Assembly: GCA_951406725.2 (NCBI GenBank)
Contig: OX597824.1
Coordinates: 62,682,001 to 62,746,000, forward strand
Direction: 5' to 3'
Source: Octopus vulgaris
Lineage: Eukaryota
Length of the DNA stretch: 64,000 nucleotides
Shown here: one piece after another, positions 1-12,144 of the stretch
How the letters are laid out: each line of letters begins with the position of its first letter
How positions within the stretch are numbered: position 1 is the first letter of the stretch
The notes under the pieces: model-generated
What the model was told of the DNA's origin: nothing
Seen by the model: the letters and a program-made list of their open reading frames with translations, nothing else
Database searches by the model: none
Made by a program: the position numbers and the translations under genes

Positions 1-446
1 TAGAAATGCAAAGATCCTATGGGATTTTATGATTCAGTGCGACCATAAGATAGAGAATAGGAAGTCGGACTTAGTCTTAATTTAGAAAGAAAACAAACTA
101 TGGTTGATCATAGATACAGTATGCCCAGCTGACAACAAGGTATGCGATAAAGAAGAAAGAAAAGTCGAGGGATATGAGAGGTTTGCTCAGGAAGTTAAGC
201 AGTTGTGGACGATGAAAAAGATAACAGTAGTACCAATAATTGTCGGAGCCCTGGGAACAGTGAGCAAAAATCTCAAGCAGTACGTGAAACAAATAGGGGC
301 TGCAATAAGGGTGGAGCACTTGCAGAAAACAGCACTGCTTGGAACCTCTCGAATACTCCGGAAGGTGCTCTAATAATAAGAGGTGTCGCCTTAGTTCTCT
401 GGTAGTGAACAGCTGACATCTCCAGCGTTAGAAGCTGTGCAAATGC
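1..446 (+). mobile_element. 3' end of RLE-type non-LTR retrotransposon (R4/Dong-like), degraded
   Basis: Translates as KILWDFMIQCDHKIENRKSDLVLI*...IIDTVCPADNKV...KEERKVEGY...VPIIVGALG...LQKTALLGTSRILRKVL (restriction-like endonuclease C-terminus). A short 3' UTR runs into (AAT)n at ~447-511. Confidence 0.85.

Positions 447-511
<65 letters not shown>
447..511 (+). repeat. (AAT)n microsatellite, LINE tail or target
   Basis: Perfect AAT run directly after the LINE 3' UTR. Confidence 0.95.
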
Positions 512-513
<2 letters not shown>

Positions 514-1019
514 GTTGTGGGGAATTAAAAAATTATGATCACCCATTTAGGTAATAGTACGAAGCCCAGTATACTCACCATGATTACCCATCTTATAAGA
601 GTACACCACATATGGTTGTGATGCATGTACCTGGTGTACCCTTATCAGACGGATAGTCATGAAGGGTATACTGGGCTTCGTATATTTTACTCCAGTGTCA
701 CTTTGATGGCATGCACTGTTCTCTCATTTAATAATGACTATAATAATTGTGTCGAATTTACAAAATTAGATATGACCACCTAAATAAGTAATAGTGAGAA
801 AATCTTATTTAGTTCTGGTAGTGTAACAGTAGGAGATAGGGAAATCAAAAACATAAATGTCGACAATCAGAAATGAAAATAGCATCATATGAGTGACCAG
901 AGAAGGATTTGTATACTGGATCTCCGAAATAGTTACAGAAAATAGCAATAGTGAAACATGATTGTAGTTGCAGAAAGGGAGGCAGCTGAAAAGGAAAAGA
1001 GAAAGTTCGTTAGTACCAG

Positions 1020-1650
1020 AAGATCAGGCATTGAGGACTAATATGATAAAAGCCAAGATAGACAAAAAAATAGGTATAATCAAAATGTAGGTTATGTAAA
1101 TCAAGTAAGGGAGAGTTAGTGAATATGGGATGTTAGCACGCAAAGGATACAAGGAAAAAAATCATAATAACCAAGGGCAAATGTTCGACCGGAAGTTATG
1201 TAGAAAGCTATTATTTGAGGTGGTAGGTGGTATGAACATGAACCTACTTAAGAAACATAAGATGTTTTGGGATTTCAACATTCAGACTAACAGAGTAATA
1301 GAAACTAAATGGAATGGTTTAGTAGCAGTAGACAGAGGGAATAGAAAGTGCCACGTTTTTGAATTCACAGTCCCAAATATGAGAAAATCAATAAGGGAGG
1401 TATTGAGAAAAAAGAAAAGTAGCAGGGCATTGCCATTGAGTCTATGGAGATTATGTATCCGAGTAACTATGGTTGCATTAGGGACTAGTCATAAAGATTT
1501 TAACAGATTGGTAGAGGAAGTAGCTATAAACCTACTTTTGGACAGTTCCAGAAAATAGTATATTTAGGGAACAGCTTGGATAATTGGGGATGTCCTTGGC
1601 ACCTAAGGTTAATTGCTGTAGCCCGATGCTACGAATTTTCCGAACAGTCT
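1020..1650 (+). mobile_element. Second degraded R4/Dong-like LINE 3' fragment
   Basis: DQALRTNMIKAKIDK...KCRLCK (zinc-knuckle start), WDFNIQTNRVIE...VAVDRGNRKCHVFEFTVP, and the ending LGTAWIIGDVLGT*. Frameshifted. Confidence 0.75.
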
Positions 1651-1797
1651 AATCTGTTGTGCTTAAACAAAATAATAATAGCAGCAACGATAATGATATT
1701 ATTAACAGATAATTTAGAAAAAAAATAACAATGTAACAATAATAATGATAATAGTAAAAATAGTCAAGATAAAAAGAATTAAAAATGTAGAAATGTG

Positions 1798-1880
<83 letters not shown>

Positions 1881-2282
1881 CGTATGTATGTATATGTATA
1901 TATGTGTGTGTGTGTGGCTGAATAGACGCGCGCAACTGTGTGTAAATGTGCATGCATATATATAGACATACATATGTATATACATATATACATTTATATA
2001 TATGTGAGTTGACATGTCTTAGAATAAATGAGATCTGACATTTGTGCCATAAGGAATCTAGTTTCCGATTGAATTATTTATTGTGAAATGCAGAAACAAC
2101 ATATTTATTGAAGGAAAATACTGTTAATAATAGAAAGGAAACAGAATTCGATATGATCAGCAAGTTGATAATGATAACATATTCTTATATGTGAACAGAA
2201 GCTCATGTGCATGTATTGTGAATATAAGAATATGCATTCCCAAAATATAAATATTAAATGTGTTTATATGTACATTTATATT

Positions 2283-3191
2283 TACTAGGTGGGTGATATC
2301 AAAATGTTCCAGGATTAGTTATTTACCAAAGTTTTAAGAACATCTCTTTTGAATTAGTTTTCTTGCGCACTGTCACACCGTTCCTGCCACTTTCGGAATT
2401 GGGCCTGGAAATTATTTTCAGTAACCGAGTGAAGGACCTTCTGCGATTCGTACTGGATCTCAACAACGGTGTTAAAAGGGCGACTTTTGCGCTGCTTTAA
2501 CATCTAAGGGAAGAGATGAAAGTCCGCCAGTGCTACATCTGGGAAATACAACGGGTGCGGACGTGATATAATGCTGTTTTTGTTGAGTAACTCACGAGTG
2601 AGGTGAGTTCGGTGAGAGGGTGCATTGTCGTATTAAAAATCGACCTAATTCTTCGCTCACCACAGATCCAGTTGCATTTGCTGAATATCCTTCCTCAAAT
2701 CTTCAAATAGTCGCTGTAGAACTCTCGATAGCATTGGTGGGGAGGGGGGACAATTCTCAATGCACAAAAGCCGCATATGTCGAAAAAACTATGAGAATGA
2801 TCTCCATTGAGCTGCAGCTCTATCGTGCCTCTTCGGTTGTGAATATGGAGACTTCTTCTATTGTGACGACTGCTGCTTCGTCTCAGAGTCGTACTCCTCG
2901 ATTCAACTCTCGACCCAGGGAGCGATGCTCGACTTGAGATATGCGTCACCAGCTGCACGGTGATGGAGATCTGGGCAGACTTCAACGCGATGTTCTTTTG
3001 TCCATAACAAAATCACAGCCTAGAGCATACACGTGATGACAAAAACACAAATGTCATAACTTGCGAAGGAAACAGCGTTGTCACTTGACACATTTATGAA
3101 GGTTACTACTCTCACTGGGCACGCAACTGTGTGCTGCAATTTGTTGTCGAGCTATAGAATCAATCCAGGAACGCCTTGCTACCATCTCGTA
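2283..3191 (-). mobile_element. Degraded mariner DNA transposon
   Basis: Minus strand gives PDVALADF (YSPDLAPxDF-like) and FRKWQER. Degenerate TIRs: gggtgatatcaaaatgttccagga / tccaggaacgccttgctaccatctcgta. Confidence 0.7.
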
Positions 3192-3742
3192 TACACTCAC
3201 ACAACGCGAGCGCGCGCATATAATATTCTTTTTTCTTTTCCATATTTCAGTCACTTGACTGCACCCATGCCGGAGCACCGCTTTACACACACACACACAC
3301 ACACGTACACACACATACACGCACATATATATATATATTAATATATATTAATAATAATTTAGTGTGCGTGTGCGTAAAACACAAAAAGTGCATATATATA
3401 TACATGTACATACACACACATATAAATCTATGTAAACAGAGTTAACGGTTCTAGTAACCGACTAAGGGATAAGATATCCGTATCTACCATCGGTATCCGT
3501 TACCTGTAGAGTGGAAAAAACAACAGGATTTAGCAGGAGTTTATTAGGAACCAATGCAAATAATTAGAAAATGGAGAAAACCATAGATTAACAAACGCAT
3601 CGATTGGACCACATTTAAAGCTTATTTTTTAATACAAAGCATGACATAAAAAATAGGTGACCTAACATATCTTACGGCCGTTACTGACTGGATTGCCAAA
3701 ATGCAGTCTATAAATAAATAAATGCGAGAATAAAGTTCTTCA

Positions 3743-3790
3743 TTTTCATAGGGCATTCGAATTAAAGCAACGGATCTTCATCAGTGAAAA
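3743..3790 (-). ncRNA. Decayed type I hammerhead ribozyme motif
   Basis: TTTTCA-CTGATGA-agatccgttgctttaattc-GAAT-GCCC-TA-TGAAAA. Stem I is intact (6 bp), but GAAA is mutated to GAAT and stem II is eroded. Confidence 0.5.
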
Positions 3791-4468
3791 GCAAGAGCAA
3801 ACAATAGAAACAAAAGGAAGAAGAAAAAGGAACGAAAACATGGCTTAGAGAAATAGTCTAGAAGCCCAATATGTTAAGAGCAAATTATTTCCCATCAGAG
3901 GGTACAAGGTCGGTAAGTAAATGTGTGAGCTTGTAAGGGTGTAGGGGATATTACAATTTATTAGCGGGTTTGTGCAATTAGAAGGAGGGTTCGGGATCCT
4001 TAAAAAAGAAGTTATCAAGAAACTATATATGAAGAAAATACTAATATGACTATCAAAAGGCTGTACCTATGCTACCGGAGTATACTCAAGTAAAAGTAAA
4101 CAATTATCATAGGTTTCTTAAGTCTAAGTCAAACGGTCTCTACAATTGGTCAGTTACAATTTGAACCAGGGTCACGAGTTAAAACCGTTACAAAATATTT
4201 GTTTATAAAATAAACAAGGAAAGGAAAAAGATAGATAGTGTGGGGCCGTTTATATCCGTCAGCGTCTTTACGTTATAACATGCATGATGGAAGAATTAGG
4301 GAAATCTATGGGATAGTGGTTAAGTAGAGGCAACTAGTACTGGTAATTCAGTAGTTCGATGGAAACTAACTAGGGAATGAAATTGGGCTAAACCTCGTAT
4401 ATAGCAAATTCTATAATTAGGTATGTACAGGTATGCAAGAAGAATTCATCCCATAGGTTGATCTAAAA

Positions 4469-4681
4469 GGCGGTGAGCTGGCAGAAACGTTAGCACGCCA
4501 GGCGAAATGCTTAGCAGTATTTCGTCTGCCGTTACGTTCTGAGTTCAAATTCCGCCGAGGTCGACTTTGCCTTTCATCTTTCGGGGTCGATAAATTAAGT
4601 ACCAGTTACACACTAGGGTCGATATAATCGACTTAATCCGTTTGTCTGTCCTTGTTTGTCCTCTCTGTGGGTAGTAAAGAA
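4469..4681 (+). mobile_element. tRNA-derived SINE, family A (Meta-domain-like core), with 16-bp TSD
   Basis: Head ggcggtgagctggcagaa, B-box-like gagttcaaattcc, core gactttgcctttcatc-ttcggggtcgataaattaagtacc. TSD ataggttgatctaaaa at 4453-4468 and 4682-4697. Confidence 0.9.
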
Positions 4682-5608
4682 ATAGGTTGATCTAAAATGT
4701 ACAAATAAAATGGCACTTACAATTAGGCGGATAATATTTAAGGCCAAGTCACATACAGAAATCATATCAAATAATGAGACTGTCTAGTTGTCAACAGAGT
4801 CCTAAGTAAGATTCATAAGCGTTGTATAGTCATTAGGTATATAGTCCCTATTATAAAATAATTTAAAGGAATATAATAGAACTAATGTGTATAATAAATG
4901 CCGGTTCCACAGACAGATTTGTACTGTGAGAAAAGTTAGCTTGTATCAAGCAATTTACTAAGTATGCCTAGAAAAAAAAAATCAAATGCCCTAAGATAAG
5001 AGAGAACTAATTGAATCTAAGTTTAAAATTATATGCAAAAATCACTGATGGGCATAGAGTACAATAAAGTTAAAAAATATAACATATAATAAAAGTAACA
5101 TGAAAAGGATAACAAAATCAAACATGGGGGAAATATTGTTCACATGTATATAGGGCTAATAATGTACAGTAAAATGAGAGAAGAACAGTAAGTGGAGGAA
5201 AGAAGAAGGCATTAGTAGCAAAGAGGAGTCCAAATTCCAGCAAGTGCCGACAAATACATGCCTGGGTATATGGCCATGTGCAGTAATGTTGCGGTTGACA
5301 TATTCGTTATTACTACTCGTGTGGGATATATTTAATTCTATCTCTTTATCCGGCCTCAATAAGTGTCTTATCGTACTTATCCTTATGACTATTAAATATG
5401 TCCTCATTAGATGGGAGATAGGAAATCCTTTTGCTAATGCCTCTAATTAAAGCCCTTTTTACCGATTGTGGATGGTTACTTTGATAGTTTATATACTTTA
5501 GATTAGAGTTAGGTTAAATATAAGGTTGTTGTAAACCCATATTTAAATCCCAGTTAACGTCTAAGTAGTTGATGGAGTAGTTTTCATTCTGTGGTTTTCT
5601 CCATTTTC

Positions 5609-5680
<72 letters not shown>

Positions 5681-6263
5681 TATGAAATAATAAATATTAT
5701 TACAATTTGTCCATTTATCTGGCGTTTCCCTTAGAGGTAAGACGAAAATTTCTATGTGCATAGCCAGCACATAGCTTTGCCTCTATACATTCAGTGAAGC
5801 ATTACATAGTGTCATACAGTTATCGACTGCTATTTCTAGCAAACATTTGTGCTTGTTGTGGCACTATTTCCTATTTAAAGTTCAACCTTTACCGTGCTTA
5901 TCGCTGGAATATAATACTATTGTATTGTAATAACATTTATCATTTTTCATATAGAACTATTCACTAGCTTTGGTTATGTTTACGGCTTGGGCTCTCAGCT
6001 GAGTGCATAGGCATTGATGAGCGGATATTTTTAATTTTGTCTGAGGTGAATCTAGCTGACGAAGACTAATCACATTTGCGATAACAATCATACTCTGGGA
6101 AGTTCGCCACTCGAGTACTAGGTTATCCATTTCTCTAGCGTTTCTTCTAGAGGCAAGACCAAAATCTGCTTATGTTCGCCGCCCTAAACATTCAGTAAAG
6201 CTTTACATAGCATCGTACAGTTATCGACAACTATTTCCAGCAAATATTGGTGCCTTGTTGTGC

Positions 6264-6378
<115 letters not shown>

Positions 6379-6387
6379 TTACATATG

Positions 6388-6419
<32 letters not shown>

Positions 6420-6473
6420 CATGTATATATATATATACACATATACATGTATGTATATGTATAAATATGTATG

Positions 6474-6504
<31 letters not shown>

Positions 6505-6589
6505 ATGAATAGCTGTTTATATACATGTGTGTCCGCACGCGCATGTGTGTGTGTGCGTATGTATATGGAAGTATGTATGGATGAATGCC

Positions 6590-7133
6590 ATTATTCTGTT
6601 TTATTTCAAGATTTCTTGAAAGATTTTCCTGATAGAGAAAGTGTCGGTTTCTAACCGAGATCCAAGGCTCTGTCATTAGAATTTCAACAAGAACGACGGA
6701 ATATTTTTGTATGCATGTATGCATGTATACGTGCAGATTTGTGTGTTTTGTTTTATATATGTCATCTCATGCATATACTTGTATATCTAGACATGCTTAT
6801 ATATGCTTAAATGATGAACTTCTAGAATTTTCTACATATTTTAACAGTTCCAGTGATGCATTGGATCTGAATTTTTGAATCAGTTTTCTCTTTGCTGGCT
6901 TTGAGAAGTCTAATTTCTCAAGATTGGAATTTAGGCAGTGAGTTACACATCCCAGTGCCTCAATAATTACAGAACTGGTAATCTGAATAGACTAACTGCA
7001 GATTTATCAATAGTTCGAGCGTAGGTAATCTCTCTTTCACTGATCTTCAGCTACATGCTAACATCCGCTGGGCAGCAGATTTCCACAACTGTACTTAGTT
7101 TCTCTTCTCTAACTCACATTCTGATATCAGGTT
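6590..7133 (-). mobile_element. 3' end of a different RLE non-LTR retrotransposon, degraded
   Basis: Minus strand KPDIRM*VREEKLSTVVEICCPADVSM...VIIEALGCVTHCLNSNLEKL...ITGTVKICRKF (PD..E RLE motif). Abuts (TACA)n. Confidence 0.75.
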
Positions 7134-7134
7134 T

Positions 7135-7253
7135 GTATGTATGTATGTATGTATGTATGTATGTATGTATGTATGTATGTATGTATGTATGTATGTATGT
7201 ATGTATGTATGTATGTATGTATGTATGTATGTATGAATGTATGTATGTATGTA

Positions 7254-7320
<67 letters not shown>
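7135..7320 (+). repeat. (TATG)n-(TG)n compound microsatellite
   Basis: Direct reading. Confidence 0.95.
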
Positions 7321-8934
7321 GTGGAGCTGTGGAACGCTGAAGACATGACATTTTCACGTTATGACTGAATGAATTATTATTTTTGTTTCATAAATTAAAG
7401 TCTGTACTAGATTCCAAATGTCACTTGACTAATGATATAAATATATCTAAGAGTGTATGCATGCATATATACATACATGCATACACACATACATACATAC
7501 ATTCATCCATCCATCCATACACACATACAAGCATACACATACATACAGATATACACATACATACATATATACATACATATTTTCTTATATGTACGTACTC
7601 AAATATATATTCGTTATGCATATGTAAGCATATATTTATACATACATATATGAATATGTGAATGTCTGTGTGTATGCGTGTGTATGCATATATGTATGTA
7701 TTTATGTATGTATAAGATCTAAAGCCTCGTGATAAATATTCCGTTATGTATTTGGCCTTTATCTATTGACATTTTGTATTCTCATTAGTTCATATAAAAA
7801 GTACATTAGGACAGATATCAACTCAATTCCACGCAAATACACCTGTCCATAGAATCGCCTATTCGTCCATATAAAACATGTAACCTATAAAGCTATAGAA
7901 TTTGCAGGCGTAATTTAGAGCCCTCACTATTACAAGGACATTTTATCGAGAGGCTGCTTTATATTGGTATATATGTAGTTTCCTCTTACAAAACGTACAG
8001 CTCGTTGGGTGTCATAAAGACAATGGGCTTCTGGTGCCAAACAGCCTTTCTAGCATCTAAAATATATAGGAACATGATATCTTTTCCCCATAAGAAACAT
8101 TTTTTCATAACCCATATGGGCAATACAATTTTAGTAGCATTTTCAGTGGCAATTATTAAACTTTTGTTGAATGAGAGAGTTCGAAAAATGTGGTGGATCG
8201 ACCGCTTTTTGCTAATAATCAGTTGAAGTTACAGAGTGACTCAGTTGCCGGGACTGCACACCCGAGGGTCATCAACGAAGGGATTGTGCCGTTGAACAGA
8301 GTTTGTTGTGTGTGTTGATCAGACGGCTCTCATCTGTCAAGTCGAAGCAATCATCATCATACGCGTATATATATGTATTATATTACATTATATACGTTAA
8401 GAAAAATAGAGAAGACATCGAGGAAGATCTAACAATTGCTTCATGTCCAAGGTTTAGTCGATTACAGCCAGGTTCAACGCTTGAGTTATAATTTATGTTA
8501 TGGATTGCGTAGTTTTGAAAAGTGATGTTAACTTCTGAGGGCGAGTACTCAAACCGTAAAGAACCAGAATAACCAGCACGAACCATTTTCCGACGGAATG
8601 ATTCGTAAATCCACCATTATTGATCGTGAAGAAATAAGGGATACTAATTCTTACACAAGGTCAACAAATTAGAAGAGAAGGCATTTCGTTTAGTATATGA
8701 TCCGCAATATTTCAGAGACACTTTATTTCATCTGAGAGGATGAAAAGAAAAGTTGACTTTAACAGGATTTCAATCAGACGGTAACGTGCCAGAAGAAACC
8801 GTGTGTAAAAAGCGAACCCTAGCGACTCTGAAATGTCTACAACTAACTGAGATAATACAATATGTTACGCCTTTTTGTGAACATTTCTGAGACGTGCATG
8901 AGTCTGTAAGTGTATATATATATATATATATATA

Positions 8935-9600
8935 ACTTATATAATTGTTTGTTATTATTTATTTTAGTAAAAATAATGATTAATAATAATTATATATATA
9001 TATATATATATATATTAGAAGAAATGAGGTAATCAGAAGATCGGATGGTTTATATTTACAGATATTTATTTATATATTACATTTTTCACATATATATCAT
9101 ATCATTTAGATCATTAGCGCTTTCTCCCATTCTAGTGGGGTTTTCAAATCAAAATAATTCCTTTGTGGGGAATTTTAATCATTTTATAGAGTTTCGAAGT
9201 GGTGGGGAGGAACAAGACAGCACAAGAGGGTGAGGTGGATGAGGAGGAAGCAGTGAGAGAGAGAATATGTGTGTATGTGTATTATGTGTATGTGTGTGTG
9301 TGTGTGTGCGCGCGCGCGCGCGTTTTTATCTGAGGCTAAAGAGAAAGAGGGGAAGGGAGAGGGAAGAAGAAGGATTTCCTTTGGTCTGCTGGACAGAACA
9401 CTGACCCCAAGGGGTTCTAAGAATTTCAGCTTTGACCACTTCAGTGTCACTGAGTGTCTGGTGGTGGGTAGGCAGGCACTAAATTACACCTCCTTTTATC
9501 ATTTTGAGGATGGTCAAATGCCGTTTGGGGTCAAAGAACTCTTTCCACTTTTTATGATCGTTTTGTGGAGGTGTGTGTGTCTGTGTGTCCGTGTGTCTTT

Positions 9601-9631
<31 letters not shown>

Positions 9632-11003
9632 CGTGTGAAACAGAGAGATGAGATTTAAAAATGGTGACATATTCAAAGTAAATGCAGATATGAACTGCCA
9701 GACGCAGAACGTTATGTACTGCATAACCTGCCCCACGTGCAAGGAGAATTACGTAGGTGAAACTGGTAATTATTTGTGCCAGCGAGCCAGGATTCACCGA
9801 CAACATATTCGGCAGGAAGAACTACGCAAAATACCACTAAGTACACACCTAGGTACATGTGGAGAAGGAAAATTTAAGATCTTTCCCTTCTACAAATGTC
9901 CGAAGAACGACACCTCTTTCAGGAGGAATATGGACAAATATTTCATAGCTAAGTTCTCCCCCAAATTAAATGGCTGAAACTTTACTCATCATACATTAAA
10001 GGACAAATCTTTCGATTTACAATATAATATAGTAGAACATTTAATATGTGTGTGTATATATATATAGGTGTGTGTATATATATATATATTACCTGTTATA
10101 TACATTATATTGTTTTTGTAATTTACTTGATCTTTACTTGCCAATTGTCATTCTAATTTTAACCTTCCTATGATATGCAATTTTCAAGATGGTGTAATTT
10201 GATTGTTCATTTTGAATCGATAGAAGGTGGTTTTTTTCTAATATTTCATGTGTAAGCATGTATATATATATATATAGTGACATTGAAGGACACATCTTTC
10301 GATTTACAATCTAATATAGTAGAACATTTAGTATAAGTATGTATATGTATATATATGTGTGTGTATACATATATATATATTGCCTGTTATATACATTATA
10401 TTATTTTTATAATTTACTTCCATCTTTACTTTTTAATTGTCACTTTAATTTTAACTTTCCTATGATATACAATTTTCAAGATGGTATAATTTAGTTGTTC
10501 ATTTTGAACCGATAAAAGGTTTTTTTTCAAATATTTCATGTATAAGTCTGTGTATATATATGTAGTGGAATAAATATCAACACAAATTTTTTTCCCCTTC
10601 CTCCTTTATTTTTCTTTTCCCTTTTCTCTTTTTGTCTCTCTCCCCTTCTCCAAACACACAGAGACACACAGACACACGCACACACACACGCACACACACA
10701 CACGCACACACACAAACACACACAAACACACACGGACACACAGACACACACACACCTCCACAAACGATCATAAAAAGTGGAAAGAGTTCTTTGACCCCAA
10801 ACGGCATTTGACCATCCTCAAAATGATAAAAGGAGGTGTAATTTATGGCCTGCCTACCTACCACCACACACTCAGTGACACTGAAGTGGTCAAAGCTGAA
10901 ATTCTTAGAAACCCCTTGGAGTCAGTGTTCTGTCCAGCAGACCAAAGGAAATCCTTCTTCTTCCCTCTCCCTTCCCCTCTTTATCTTTAGCCTCAGACAC
11001 AAA

Positions 11004-11045
<42 letters not shown>

Positions 11046-11603
11046 CATGTTCTCTCTCTCACTACTTCCTCCTCATCCACCTCACCCTCTTGTGCTGTCT
11101 TGTTCCTCCCCACCACTACGAAACTCTATAAAATGATTAAAATTCCCCACAAAGGAATTATTTTGATTTGAAAACCCCACTAGAATGGGAGAAAGCGCTT
11201 ATGATCTAAATGATATGATATATATGTGAAAAATGTAATATATAAAGAAATATCTGTAAATATAAACCATCCGATCTTCTGATTACCTCATTTCTTCTAA
11301 TACCTGTACATCATCTCCCAGGATATGTATTTCCTCATTCTGCAACTTTCTGACGAAATGGTAAGGGAACTTCCTTGCTCGTCCCCCGATTTCTATTGTG
11401 CTTACCTATTTCCAGTGAATGATGGCTTGTAGAGGATTATTCGACTCTGATTTTTACAGCAATGCCGGCACCTCCTGTACCTTAATGTGGTTATGAATTC
11501 ATTATAAAATTTTGGATTTGCCATTTCTCGCCTTTTGCTTGCTGGCCACTTATATAACTGTTTGTTATTATTTATTTTAGTAAAAATAATGATTAATAAT
11601 AAT
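8935..11603 (+). mobile_element. 5'-truncated Neptune-type PLE with ~600-bp inverted pseudo-LTR
   Basis: GIY-YIG ORF at 9648-9977. 9013-9637 is the reverse complement of ~10700-11302. 56-bp direct repeat at 8935-8990 and 11548-11603. (TA)n on both sides. Confidence 0.85.
9648..9977 (+). pseudogene. GIY-YIG endonuclease domain of PLE (5'-truncated)
   Basis: MNCQTQNVMYCITCPTCKENYVGETG...RARIHRQHIR...HLGTCG...FPFYK...FIAKFSPKLN, clearly homologous to the C-terminus of ORF 15972-17882. Confidence 0.9.
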
Positions 11604-11642
11604 ATCTATATAAATATCTTAGAATTTTTTTTCTTAATTTCA

Positions 11643-11713
<71 letters not shown>

Positions 11714-12067
11714 TATTGATATATATATATTGATAGAAATGGAAGGACTACAAAAGAATGAAAGAGACCTCGATATTATGTAAACAGAGGAATTTATTTG
11801 TAATTCTGTAATCTCGGACAATTATACGGTATCCATGATAAATCTCAGAGTTTCGGATGCTTCCGCCTCGACATCCAAAACTCTGAGTTTTATCATGGCT
11901 ACCGAATAATTGTTACATTATATTTACACACACACACACACATATATATATATAATAAAATAGATGGGAAAAATGACTTAGTTCCTGCAATCTACTGATA
12001 ATAACAGGTAATCGAAAACATGCTGCTTTTACACATCAGCCGCTTATACATTTTGTATAATTTCTCC

Positions 12068-12144
<77 letters not shown>

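Larger units (their letters stand above)
3440..5614 (-). mobile_element. Degraded Penelope-like element (Naiad-like) with inverted 5' end
   Basis: Minus strand ~5330-5490 reads NYQSNHPQSVKRALIRGISKRISYLPSNEDIFNSHKDKYDKTLIEAG (PLE RT thumb). Inverted repeat taattagaaaatggagaaaacca at 3561 and ~5592-5614. Decayed HHR at 3743-3790. Confidence 0.7.

Noticed and set aside
4115-4170. Minus-strand TGT-AAC-TGA...TGA (C-N-U) suggesting a selenocysteine CxC motif of a Naiad
   Set aside because: The region is too degraded to establish frame or homology, stops are common there, and I identified no SECIS.
11349-11400. CTGACGA in the PLE tail
   Set aside because: No stem II followed by GAAA.
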